DNA of 63,819 nt, filler included, from Polymyxa betae A26-41 (Eukaryota; Protista; Endomyxa: Phytomyxea), in NCBI GenBank assembly GCA_003693705.1. It is 6 parts of 6 records of this genome, joined end to end, with 100 filler letters (N's around TTAATTAATTAA, not from the genome) between each part and the next. Parts side by side here need not be neighbours in the genome. Positions count along the whole stretch, not along the records: positions 36,549 to 51,598 come from RBZT01000496.1; positions 51,699 to 58,686 come from RBZT01000089.1; positions 58,787 to 63,819 come from RBZT01000883.1; 3 more parts are not named here. One strand, written 5' to 3'. The translations under genes were made by a program, and so were the position numbers. Positions within the stretch are counted from its first letter, which is position 1; every line of letters begins with the position of its first letter. The notes under the pieces are model-generated. The model did no database searches. It was not told the DNA's origin and worked only from the letters and a program-made list of their open reading frames with translations. This document shows positions 50,344-61,700 of this stretch, one piece after another.

Positions 50344-53300
50344 GATCACTATCAGTGATCTGACAATAAAAGATGATTGACGTGATGACGGGATCGAGAC
50401 TCGAGAGCAGGTTTTGCAATCTCCGTCACGGACTAACAGACACCCCAAAATTATTTTCATTGTTTATTCAGAGAATGAAAAAATGGTGCCCGCAGAAAAC
50501 CCTAAAACATGGCATTAAATCTTCCGCGTGTCTCTAACGATACCAACATGGTTTATCGCATACTCTCATTAAGTGTTTATCAATGGCTGTCTACTCCTCA
50601 AAGAAAAAAACCACACCGAAAACATCGCTTCCAAAAACGTCGCTCTCAACAGAAATCGCTATAGGCTGATGCGACCAAAACACCTGCAAGTCAAACAGCA
50701 CCATACCACACACACCGCACAAATTAGACTGACACTGTCACACTCTCTCACAGTGTCGATAAACCAATAATCGGACACAGCCTCAAGTTCATGATCATTC
50801 TGAAACGCTTTGAGAGGGATCAATCAATGTCCGTAGATCGCAACGATTATCGGAACGATTTTGAATGATGAGAGAGGGATTTGTCACATTTCCATGCGAG
50901 GAAATGCTGCTACCATACCTATTTGAGGTTCTCACAAATCCTGCTGTAGGGCCGACCCGAATTTAACAAATTGAAAGTGTGAAATTTATGATCAGCTCGG
51001 AAATTGGTAGTCGGGGGCATTGATAGCTATCAAGGCAATGCCAATGTACTATCGGCCTTTCGCTTAGGTAACAGCGCCGACTGTTGACAAAGATCGACAA
51101 ACTAGACGAGTGCAATACAAATCTGGATCGATTGATCTGGGAGCTTTGATAACGATTAATCAGAGAGCGCAACAATTGCAGGATTGATCTATTAATGGAG
51201 ATAGGGATTAATCATTTCTCCGTTAACGCACATTTCTTTAAAGGGTTTAAGATAGCTGCCATTTCTATATCGACCCTGCTACGTCTGCGACCGGTCGCAG
51301 TTTTAACTGCGTGCGCGACCTCCTATATAGGCGGTCGCATACGTCTTAGATCTACGACCACGTTCCCCACTCGTGACATTTATGCCCCCGATCCCGTCTG
51401 AAGTCATGTTCTCTCGTGTCGCTAACCTCTTTAGCTTTTCCAGCACGGATGTGAGGAGCGTAGAAGTCGACTTTAGTGATGGACCGCTCTCGCCTGATCT
51501 CGGATCCATGCCTGAAGATCACGATGTAACGGAATGCTCCGCTGATCCCCTCCCTGAAAAAAACATATCTCCAGTTAAAGTGATTTGTGCTGGGGAAANN
51601 NNNNNNNNNNNNNNNNNNNNNNNNNNNNNNNNNNNNNNNNNNTTAATTAATTAANNNNNNNNNNNNNNNNNNNNNNNNNNNNNNNNNNNNNNNNNNNNTT
51701 GAGCTACAGAAGGACCCATTAGTAGGAATCATGTGTTTCGTCTTATATTAGGGCGCAAACCGGTTATGCCGTTATTCTCCACAGCTGTGAATAAACCAGA
51801 GGCTTTCCGAGCCTGTTTTGTCTGATATGCGGCATCACCTTCAAGAACATCAAGATGTATCTGAAAGGTGGCTCTTCCTATGTTGGACATCCAGAATATT
51901 CTCCTCAATCTGTGTTTCAGGACATATGTAGCTTCTAATGCTACAAAAACTCCCCGCAAATTCTCTTTCCTCTAATCATTGGACGTTGGTAGACTTTTTG
52001 GATGAAGCGTATTTCTCGTCAGTTCGGCTTCGCCGTGACGCAACCTGTTCATGAATCTCTTTACATTTATGAGTCATAATCGAGGCCCAGCTTCGACGAC
52101 ACATTATCCTGTATTAATTTCATAATAGAATCGGGTTTAAATCACCGTAATCGATTCTTGCGTTCTTAGTAGAATTCTCGTGCTCGAACTAAAACCCTAA
52201 CCCCAGTTCAAGTACGCTACATGGTAAGATTCGAAACATCTCAAATATGAAGAGGCAACAGGCATCGAAATCGTGACAAAAAAGTAAAAATTTCGTTTTG
52301 ATTAATGTATGCCGAGGATAGAGCGTACTCTGGTCCCCGCGACTCAAAAATTATGAAGTCGACCCCAGCTTGTGCTGAAGCCATATAGCTTCACAGACAC
52401 CCTGCGTATATCACAACGCGTGCAGTTGGGCCGCTCCACTATAGCCCACGGTCCTTAATGATCGACCATCAAGTAGCTGAACTACTGAGCACCTTCAAGG
52501 TAAGTATGAGTCTGATCCAGGGCATAACACGCACCTGCTATAATGAACTCACCAATCGAAACGATTATGGGACCTTTTACGTACGAGGCGCACTTTTTTG
52601 CTTCCACTCACCATAGCCTCACTGTCTGTGTGTGTGTTTGTCGCGCAGTAATGGCTCAGACGATACCGCAGCTGAGCGCAGCCAGAGCTGCAATCAAACG
52701 AGCAAAGCTATCCACGACAAGCGAAGGTAGCCTGCAACAGAAGCGACATGATTTGTATGCTCATATCGGGGAGCCCAACATCGACAGAAACCCTAACCCT
52801 AGCTAAGCCCCTTAGATGGGAAAGGGGTTCGTCAAGAAATACGTTGAATTTTTTTCTGAAAAATCTCCATTCTCAAGGGAAACATGCATGAAGCCATGCC
52901 CGGGTCGCCCCCGTGACAGGGGATGTAAAATACGTTTTGTCATTTTCAACAACGATGAGCAACCGTGTGGCTCGTACGCAGTCCGTAAGAGCCATGAGAC
53001 GTCGTAGCGGTGAGAGGTGTGTCGTGGAGATCACGAGTTGTCAAGAGTCGCCTTCGGTTCATGTGACCAACCGAACCTACAAACAAATAACAGATATTTG
53101 AGAAATAAACTGCTAAATCGAGTCAGAGCAGCGACTTTTGGACATGCAACTGCAGATGTCCAGTGCCTTTTCGGTGCGTTTGCCCACTTTGAGGACCGAA
53201 ACTTCAAAAGTAATTTTGTAACATCCATCAATTTGAATTTAATGTGTAGAAATTTAAATACATCGCCGAATCCCAAGGAGTGCGAGTTGAAATTTTTGGA

Positions 53301-53582
53301 AATAACTTCGAAAGAAGAACAAAAAACACGAGTTTTCTCCATAGTAAATTTAGGACGGCACTTGCAAATCTGCAAACTCTTCCGAGAACAAACTGACTTT
53401 GTCGTTTTTGAGCTTATTAGATTGGCACAATCTGAAAAGCGACAAAAGCCGAACGTGGCGACTATGTATTATATCATGATGGGAGAGTTGGCGAATAACG
53501 GATTACTGTAGAGAGATGAGCTACGGGGATACAATTGCGTCTATAGGAAACCCTAAATAGGAATCTGCGACCGATTCACACA

Positions 53583-56066
53583 ATGGCTGACGACTGTGTC
53601 GATTATCGTTCGGCACTGGCCGATGCCCTGCGTCGTCGGCATGGGCGCACGATCCCGACCCGGTTCCAGTACGAACAGCACGGGCCGCCGCACTGTCCTG
53701 AGTTCCGAGCGACCGTCGATCTTGGCGATGCTGCTGGTGGCCTGTTCAGAGCCGACACCTGGTCTAAGACAAAAAAGAAATCGGAACAGAGCGCCTGCAG
53801 GGTTGCGCTCAATTCGTTACCAAATGGGGCTGCGCTTAATTCGTTATCAAATGGAGGGAGGGTGGCTGCGCCTGCAACCTTTAACTGGAAAGGACAATTG
53901 CAAGAATACTGTATGAAACATTATCCCGGTCAGCGGATCAAGTATTCGGTAACGAAACACGGTCCGGATCACGCGCCCACGTTTCACGCCACTGTCGCCA
54001 TCGAGACGCGAATGTTTTCGTCGAGCCCTGATCACAGATTCCTCCGCAGCGCCGATGCCGAAGCCGGCGCCGCCCGCGTCGCATTCGACTCGCTACGATC
54101 GAACCCTAATACCCTAACCCTTGCATCCTTGATCCAAGTCATTCCGGAAACAGTTCGACCGGACTCCAACGCGTCACAGCACGAGGCCGTGATCCACACG
54201 GAGTCAGCGACGGCCTCGGCGCCGCCCCTACTGCTGTCTACTCCGCGTCTCTATCAGATCGCGATGTATCGCGCAGCCATGCAACGTAACATCCTGTGCT
54301 GTCTGCCAACCGGAACGGGAAAGACACTCATCGCCTGTCTCGTCATTAAACGTATGCACGATCTCAACCCCAACAAGCAGATCCTCTTCCTCACAGATCG
54401 TCTTCCGCTCGTCGACCAACAGGCGCGCGTGATCGCGCGCGAAACCGGCCTCTGCGCGATCTCGTTCCGCGGCGGTCGCAAAAGCTACGCCGACGATCTG
54501 CGTCGCGCTCAGGTCGTCGTCATCATCGCGGCGTTGTACGAGAATTTGATCCGTGAGGGGGCAGTACGGGTGGCGGACGTGTCCTTGGTCGTGGTCGACG
54601 AGGCCCATCACGTCACCGGGCAGCATCCGTTCTCGCGCCTTCTCGTGAACCATTTCTGGCGGCAGTCGCGCCGCGATCTGCACCCGAAACTGTTCGCGCT
54701 GACGGCGTCGCCGGCGGCCGAGCGCGACCTCTTCTATACGGTCGTGGGCCTGGTCGACCTGCGCGATCGGATTCGTGGCGTGATCGTACGGCCTCGTGGA
54801 GCCGTCCTCGACTCCATGAAGGGCTACGTGAATGCGTCGCATCGATCGCATCCGGAGATGATCCTCGTGAAGACGTCGCGCGCCGAAGCTCTGTTCTCCG
54901 GCTCCATCGTTCCGCTGTTCGCGTTCAAATGGGGCCGGAAGGGTCCGCCTGCGGCTGTTGATAACAGCGAAGATATCGATTTAGACAATGACGCGTACTA
55001 CGATCCGGCCAGAATTCCTTCCAAGAAAATCGCCGTGGACGACCACGATGATGATGAATGTTGCGAGACGTCGCTGTCGAGGGACGAGATCATTTCTATC
55101 ATCTGTGACGCCATCCTCAAAGATTGCGTCGATTTCGGCGCCGCAGTCGCCTTCGATCATCTGGCGGAGTTGAATGAGCGATATGGGGGGCCGCTCTCCC
55201 CGGACCAGGTCCGCAACGCTCGTCCGCTCCTCGACCGAGTCCGTCCGACGCCGCGCACCAAATTCGACGAGCTCGTCAAGTTTCTCACGAACAACGCCGC
55301 GCCCGATTCTCGCGCGATCGTCTTCGTCAGCACGCGTCGTACTGCCCACGTCCTGCGCGATCTCCTTGAACAAAGCGGCATGAAAGCCGGCGTCATCACC
55401 GGACATGGAGCCGGCGGCGACGGCGGCATGAGCCACGCCATGCAGAGCGACGTAATTGACGCCTTCCGCGAACGTCGTATTAATCTGCTGGTCGCCACGA
55501 CTGTCGTTGAAGAAGGGTTTGACGTGCCCGGCTGCAATCTGGTCATTCGTATAGATCTTCCCGCAACCGTCACCGCCCTCGTGCAGAGCCGAGGCCGCGC
55601 TCGCCGCCACAACTCGCGGTTCGTGATGATCGCCAGCGAGCGCGAACAAGTCCGATTCAATCAGCTGCGTAAACGCGAGTCCATGATTGAGACGGCGATC
55701 GACGTCTTGGAGCTGTCGGAGCTGTCGAAAATCCCGCGCTCCATCGTCTATAACGATTCGTTCGTCTGCACGCTGAACGTCCAGCTGACGAAGACGTTCG
55801 TGCCGTTGCTGTCGGCGGGCAGCTCGGCGGATCTCGTCCGATTTCGGACGACGGCGGACGGCTTGCAATACAAATCGGTGCTGAGCGTTGATTGCCGGAT
55901 CGGATCGGATCCGAAGCGAACCGGAATGATGCAGGTGGCGGCGATCGGCCACGGACCGACGAAGAAAGCCGCCCAGGATTGCGCTGCGCGTCATCTCGTC
56001 GAAAGCCATTTTATTCTGGCGTCGTTCGTGCACCTGTCCAATAATCGACTTCAGAACTGGAAGTGA
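53583..56066 (+). CDS. RIG-I/Dicer-family DExH helicase with two N-terminal dsRBDs and a C-terminal dsRBD-like domain, 827 aa
   Basis: dsRBD1 GPPHCPEFRATV...KKKSEQSAC and dsRBD2 WKGQLQEYC...GPDHAPTF...AEAGAA. Helicase motifs PRLYQ, LPTGTGKT, DEAHH, LTASP, IVFV, ATTVVEEGFDV and QSRGRAR. C-terminal GHGPTKKAAQDCAA. AAACCCTA 35 nt upstream of the ATG. Confidence 0.92.
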   Translation: MADDCVDYRSALADALRRRHGRTIPTRFQYEQHGPPHCPEFRATVDLGDAAGGLFRADTWSKTKKKSEQSACRVALNSLPNGAALNSLSNGGRVAAPATFNWKGQLQEYCMKHYPGQRIKYSVTKHGPDHAPTFHATVAIETRMFSSSPDHRFLRSADAEAGAARVAFDSLRSNPNTLTLASLIQVIPETVRPDSNASQHEAVIHTESATASAPPLLLSTPRLYQIAMYRAAMQRNILCCLPTGTGKTLIACLVIKRMHDLNPNKQILFLTDRLPLVDQQARVIARETGLCAISFRGGRKSYADDLRRAQVVVIIAALYENLIREGAVRVADVSLVVVDEAHHVTGQHPFSRLLVNHFWRQSRRDLHPKLFALTASPAAERDLFYTVVGLVDLRDRIRGVIVRPRGAVLDSMKGYVNASHRSHPEMILVKTSRAEALFSGSIVPLFAFKWGRKGPPAAVDNSEDIDLDNDAYYDPARIPSKKIAVDDHDDDECCETSLSRDEIISIICDAILKDCVDFGAAVAFDHLAELNERYGGPLSPDQVRNARPLLDRVRPTPRTKFDELVKFLTNNAAPDSRAIVFVSTRRTAHVLRDLLEQSGMKAGVITGHGAGGDGGMSHAMQSDVIDAFRERRINLLVATTVVEEGFDVPGCNLVIRIDLPATVTALVQSRGRARRHNSRFVMIASEREQVRFNQLRKRESMIETAIDVLELSELSKIPRSIVYNDSFVCTLNVQLTKTFVPLLSAGSSADLVRFRTTADGLQYKSVLSVDCRIGSDPKRTGMMQVAAIGHGPTKKAAQDCAARHLVESHFILASFVHLSNNRLQNWK

Positions 56067-56881
56067 ACAAATCAATTAATGTTTTATTTAAAATATCGAA
56101 CTTTGCAGATCGCTGAATAAAAATGTCAATAAAACTTCTGCTCATTTTCAAATAGCGCTCCGATTGCAGCGCTTCGATCAGAAATCATTTCGCCGCTCAG
56201 CGAACGTCTCCGTGACATGCAACAACCGAACTTCAGACAGGGGGCTGCACTACCCGGGTGATGGCCACCCATCCGGGATCATCTCCGACAGACCGCATTT
56301 CACTTGTCACTTCGGAGCATTAACTGAACGCCAAAGAGTCAATGGCTGATTTCGGCCATCACCATATCTTGTCACAAATCCACTCCAGAAAGCTCGTAAT
56401 GAGTAGCGCGCAGTATTTTATTCCACAGGGTTTTTGGAATTTTCTCTCTTTAAGTTTCAAATAGTGCGTAAATCCCACGATCATTTATGACAGAAGGATT
56501 ATGACTGAATGACTGTTTGATGGCTGATTATCGTCACATGATATTTGCGCTTATTTTCATTTTTTTTTGGAAGTCCTGGTCTGTTCAGAGTGTCAATTAT
56601 TCGCATTTTACGATAACAGAAACAGTCGATTTCGATTGTTTTGGGCCCATTTTTACGAGCACAATTTCGATCGCAGCCGTAGCCAGTATCGTCATCCTTC
56701 ATAGGTTTTGTTGAATAATAAACTTAAGTCCGTACTTCCGGCTACCTGTAAAACGCCACAATCATGTGTCTTGCACTCTGAGAAATCATGTCAATTCCAA
56801 TCATCAGCTGATCTCTTTCGAATCCAATCTCAAGTGTATTCTCACCAGGTTGACCATTTTGAGTTCACAGCCCAACCCTTA

Positions 56882-58402
56882 TCAGGGTGAAGCGGTTAAA
56901 AACAAGAGCATATCATCAGCCCGAATATGATGATTATGCAAAGAACATTGTTCAGGATTGGAAGCAAACGGCCCGGTTGATCTCATCTTGTCGATTTTGT
57001 GATCGGTAAAAGCTCTAGTTGTGAGCTGCAAACGATCACAAAGCAGATTGAAAGGCGCGTTTATTTCCAGATTTTGGAAAACAGAATTCTCTCGCACATT
57101 ACTCAATTCGTTGAAGTTTGCTGGGACGAAGGGTGTCATGAACATCCCGCCCAGGAACATCATCAATTCTGTCTTTCACATATTCCATTGAATCTGAATC
57201 TGGGCATTGAATGCTATCAAACTCGATATCATGGCGACATAGAGACCAACATTCTAAGAGATGGTCAATAATACTGAGGGGAGCCCCAAGATGAACAGCC
57301 CTTTTCAGCAGACAGCTCGCCTTCTGGGCCATTTCAAAGCAATTAATCCGCGCGGATTTCGCTATGACTTGAAATGAAGAGAACTCTTTTGCCTCTATGA
57401 GTTTCTCAAGCAAAGAAATTCCTCCGCGGTTTCTATGAAGCCAGTTTCTTGGATAGAATGATCCAAGCATGATGCGAAGGATTTCGCTTTTGCCTTCCGA
57501 TATCAATCTTTTCACGAGCCCTTTAAAGCGGCCGAGCGATGATGGCGCTAGAAAGGCGACGATCTTGGCGAATTGTTCGGCCGAGACCGGGACCTCGTCC
57601 GATTCGAGGTAACGACCATAATACATCCGGATCTGTTAATAATCCACTTGTTGATAATTGCCGCAGCAATGCATCATGAATGGTTCGATCCGGTCCAGCA
57701 AGAACGATTTTATGAAGGCCGAAAATATCCGTAGCGAATGCAGACGCCCAGTTTTTGTTTCGAAAATTGCATTCACCGCCATCGTTCCTACTAAAATTTT
57801 CCAAAATAATTTCGATCTCTGGGTGGACATCAATGCGACTGTGACGTTTACGTAGAGGAATGCCGAACCCATTGAATAGAAATCGTGCTTGGGTTCGTAT
57901 TGTCCACGTTTTTCAATTAATCGGCTCAGATCTTCCTCCTGTGCGAATTGGTCAAGAATCAATTTTGGCTCTCTTTGTTACTGAAGCCGCCGTAGGCCAA
58001 CTACAGTACATACTGAGATATGATCCAGCAGCAAGATCTTGAAGAAGATCCGCCTGGAAAATGTCGATAAATTCGCCGATTATAGATGGGAATTTCCCTT
58101 CGATAATAGTTTGATCTACCAGTTGAATGGCTCCCTGGAAAGAGATGCGATTTTGAACTATTGGAATGATATCTGGGTCCAATTGCGCTCGAATGACGAG
58201 CTGATTCATAACACTGAATGTATGAGACTGCTGAAATGGGAAATCGGAGATCCGACCGAATAGTCGTGCGATGCAGCAAGGCACATGATATAGATGATGG
58301 AATCGGTGCGACACGGGCGATAGGTTATAGAGCGTGGAGGCATCGCATGATGACGCGATCTCATGGATCAGGACATCTGGGACTTCCATCGCTTTCGACA
58401 TC
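56882..58402 (-). pseudogene. F-box protein pseudogene with an ankyrin-like helical C-terminal part
   Basis: F-box EVPDVLIHEIASSCDASTLYNLSPVSHRFHHL and ankyrin-like LLKRAVHLGAPLSIIDHLLE, split over several frames. Confidence 0.55.
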
Positions 58403-58485
58403 ACGATATTAAAATTGGAGAGGGACTGACGAGTCGCTGTATCTCGGCGGTGGCTCGGCTTCCAATACGCAACTGTGCTTGCACT

Positions 58486-58680
58486 TGTTGGTGCTGCCCC
58501 GCCAGACGAACGTCCAGCACTTGAACCTGAAGAATCAGCCATAATTGGTGACACAGAACGTACACTAAGAGAGAAGGCTCGTTAGTTAGTCACAAAGAAG
58601 AATGAATATCTGTATTCATATAATCGACATTCATCGGTCATAGTTTACTGCGAATATTCATCAACAATCTCCCCCTTTTG
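58486..58680 (-). mobile_element. Probable LTR (58486-58666) with adjacent polypurine tract
   Basis: Minus strand reads AAGGGGGAGAT-TGTTGATG, with TGTTG...CAACA termini. Confidence 0.55.
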
Positions 58681-58786
58681 CAGGAANNNNNNNNNNNNNN
58701 NNNNNNNNNNNNNNNNNNNNNNNNNNNNNNTTAATTAATTAANNNNNNNNNNNNNNNNNNNNNNNNNNNNNNNNNNNNNNNNNNNN

Positions 58787-61700
58787 TGTCATGCACAAGA
58801 CCCATCAATCAAGGCCCATCCGGCGCGGCCTCCGATCCGACAGTCGCGTGCCTTGAAATCATGAACACGCACCCGGACTTTTACTCCTGTCTTGTTTCTC
58901 ACTTTCATTTTCATTCATTCTCAATACAAGCTCTGGTTCCAACCGTCCAGACTTTCGTCTCTCATCTCGTACATTCTTAGCTCTGTGCTTGACACTTTTT
59001 TTGGACGAGTCATGAACACGCAAGAGAATCAGCCAACAAACGGGGACCAGTCTCCTGTTGCAACTTCGAAGCCTCCGCAGCACGGCGCAGCACGCGAATC
59101 TTTACTGCAGCGTATCTACATCGAACAAGAACGAATCGCGAACATCTCTAATCAGCTGAACGACCTTCTCATTGAAGATTTTAACACTTTATCAAGCATT
59201 CAGCAACGGAATCACAAATCTCGCGTCGCATCTCTGAACGAGGAGGTTTCTCGGATTACAAGACACATCAACATGCTCCGAAATGCTTATGACGCTCTCT
59301 CGCCCGTCGATCTCGGACAGGCAATGCCCAGCGCACATCAAATGCAGCCCCGAGCTGGTCCTGCCCATTCGGCCCCGGCCAACCATGCACGACGTCCTGC
59401 CTAACTACCCCGATTTAAGCGACCCACCGCCACGGAGCCAAGGCCCGCGGACGATTTCCTGTCCGAATTACGGCGCCGACTCCGAGCGGACTCTTATCCT
59501 GAAGAACGCTACTCCGAAGCCATCGCAGCCTGCTGTGATACGGCTGAAGGCGACTGGGTCACCGAAAATCTTGTCGGTAAAGGCTATACATGGGATCAAG
59601 TACGTGAACGCTTTCTGAAGCACTTTGTTGACGACGATATCTGCCATCACTATGAACAGGAGCTCATCCATTGCTCTCGTGAAACTGGTGAAGGATTACT
59701 TTCTTTCGGAGATCGATATCTATCTCTCATGAAGGACGCGAACAAGGACGCGGACAAAATCTTCGAATATACCAAGGAGTTCATCTGCCTACTACCACGA
59801 GGCGCTATTAACAAGCTTAACGGCATCAAAGCGGGCAATCCTGACAGGATCAATACGGTCCGAAAAATGGTAAACGCGCTCACTTTATACTGCTCAGCTG
59901 ATCGAACAGCAAACGCGAATCGTAAAAACGGCAGCAGCTCCAATGACCAACACAAGGCCAACCAGAACCAGCCCAGTACGGCCAACACCAACCGCAACCG
60001 GGCACCGAAACCGAACAAGCAGCAGAAAACTTCGACCTGCGACTTCCACGGAGTCTGCGGACATTCTACTGCGGAATGCCGCCGCCTCAACCAGGGATCC
60101 TCCGCTCAGCCCACACAGAGCGCGAACGATAGTCCCACCACTCCATCCCCTTCAACCAAAAACGGTAATGTTACATGTTACGCATGTCAACGACCCGGAC
60201 ATCTCGCCTCGAACTGTCCGAGCCGTCAACGCTCGACATCATCGGCACCCTCTGTCAGCTCGACGACGACCACTTCATCACGATCTCAGACTCGCAACCC
60301 GACGACTCATACCAACCATCACATTGAGACTCCGCGCAGCCCGATACGGACATGATCGACGACGGCAACGACGAAAACGTCATCTCTGCGCAGGGATATC
60401 ACCCCCTCTTCGACCAAGTACAAACCATGCACAGTTCTGAAATGTCTCTCAAGGACACCAGCCAATTCCGCTCGGATTACTCTACCGCAATTTTCTCAAC
60501 TATTTTCCTAGATGGAACCCCGGTCGAAGGCTATGTCGATACGGGAGCCTCCAATTCCACCATATCTGAGGATGTTTTCGATAGGTTCTCGGAAACCACC
60601 CGAAAGACACATCGGCTCGCCAGATCAGGGCAGATCATCTCATTAGGCGTCGACGGGCACTACGCTCCTCGACCCGGCTCTGCTATAGTTCCCGTCGTTT
60701 ATGGAGATCGTCAATTCAACTTCAAATTCGACATCGGCAAGCCACCCAAAGGTATCGCAGCCATTGTTGGCCGAGACCTACAGGCCATGCTCGGCATCAC
60801 CATCACGGGGCTGCGCCTGCCCAAAAAGTCCGCCAACGTCGCACCAATTGTGGACCCTACTCCCTCTCTCTGTGACCCGGATAAGGCATCTCCGCATCCT
60901 CTCTCTTCAGATCCACGATTGTTGAAAGCAATTTCCCTGAACCAGTCCATACCTATGAACAGTTTCTGTAATCTACCAGAAGCCATTGTGTATTTGGAGA
61001 CCGGCGATAAAGCGCCCATATTTCGACGCCAATATCCCATTCCGCATTCCGTGGTCGACGCCCAAGTTCAGCAATGGACCGACGACGGCAAAGTTACGGA
61101 CGCACCAAGGGGTTGTCAATGGAACCTTCGGTTATTAGTGGCGTTGAAAAAGGATCCTGTCACTGGCGAACGCAAACCCGGTCGCTTGTGTATCGATCCT
61201 CGAGCACTTAACCTGCTATTGGCTCAGGACCGTTACCCGCTACCGTTAGTGTCCGAGGTTTTTCAGTTCCTTTCAGGGAAGTCCATATTCAGTGCTATCG
61301 AATTGGAGAAGAGTTTTCTTTAATTACCTTTTCACGAACCACATCGGCAAAACTTGTCTTTCACATGGTCCGGGCGACACAAGATGTTCGTTGGAACTCC
61401 GTTTGGACTGAAACCTACTTCTTCTGTTCTTCAACGGACTATGTGTCCCATTTTAGACGGATCCAGTTCCGCCATGCCATTTCTTGACGACGTACCAGTC
61501 GGTTCGTTATCACCAGAGGAGCATCTTGAAGACCTGGTCGACACGATAGATCGTATAGCAAGTGCCAACCTACGCATTAATCTCAAAAAGTCGCACTTTT
61601 TTCGACCCTCGTTACATCTTCTTGGCCACACCTTCTCGGCCGACGGCCTTTCGATCGACAGGCGCAAATTAGTCGATGTCCAGAACTGGCCAACACCACA

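Noticed and set aside
52380-52500. Tyrosine recombinase C-terminal remnant
   Set aside because: Several stops and no intact HxxR or catalytic Tyr pattern.
34557-56066. Rep element and dsRNA helicase as one linked defence locus
   Set aside because: They are separated by two artificial linkers, so there is no evidence of physical linkage.
53583-56066. Annotation as Dicer or DHX9
   Set aside because: No RNase III or PAZ in the ORF or visible downstream, and the helicase motifs are not DEAH/RHA type.
54228-56075. Long antisense ORFs (207, 364 and 167 aa)
   Set aside because: Shadow frames of a GC3-rich gene, with no recognisable motifs.
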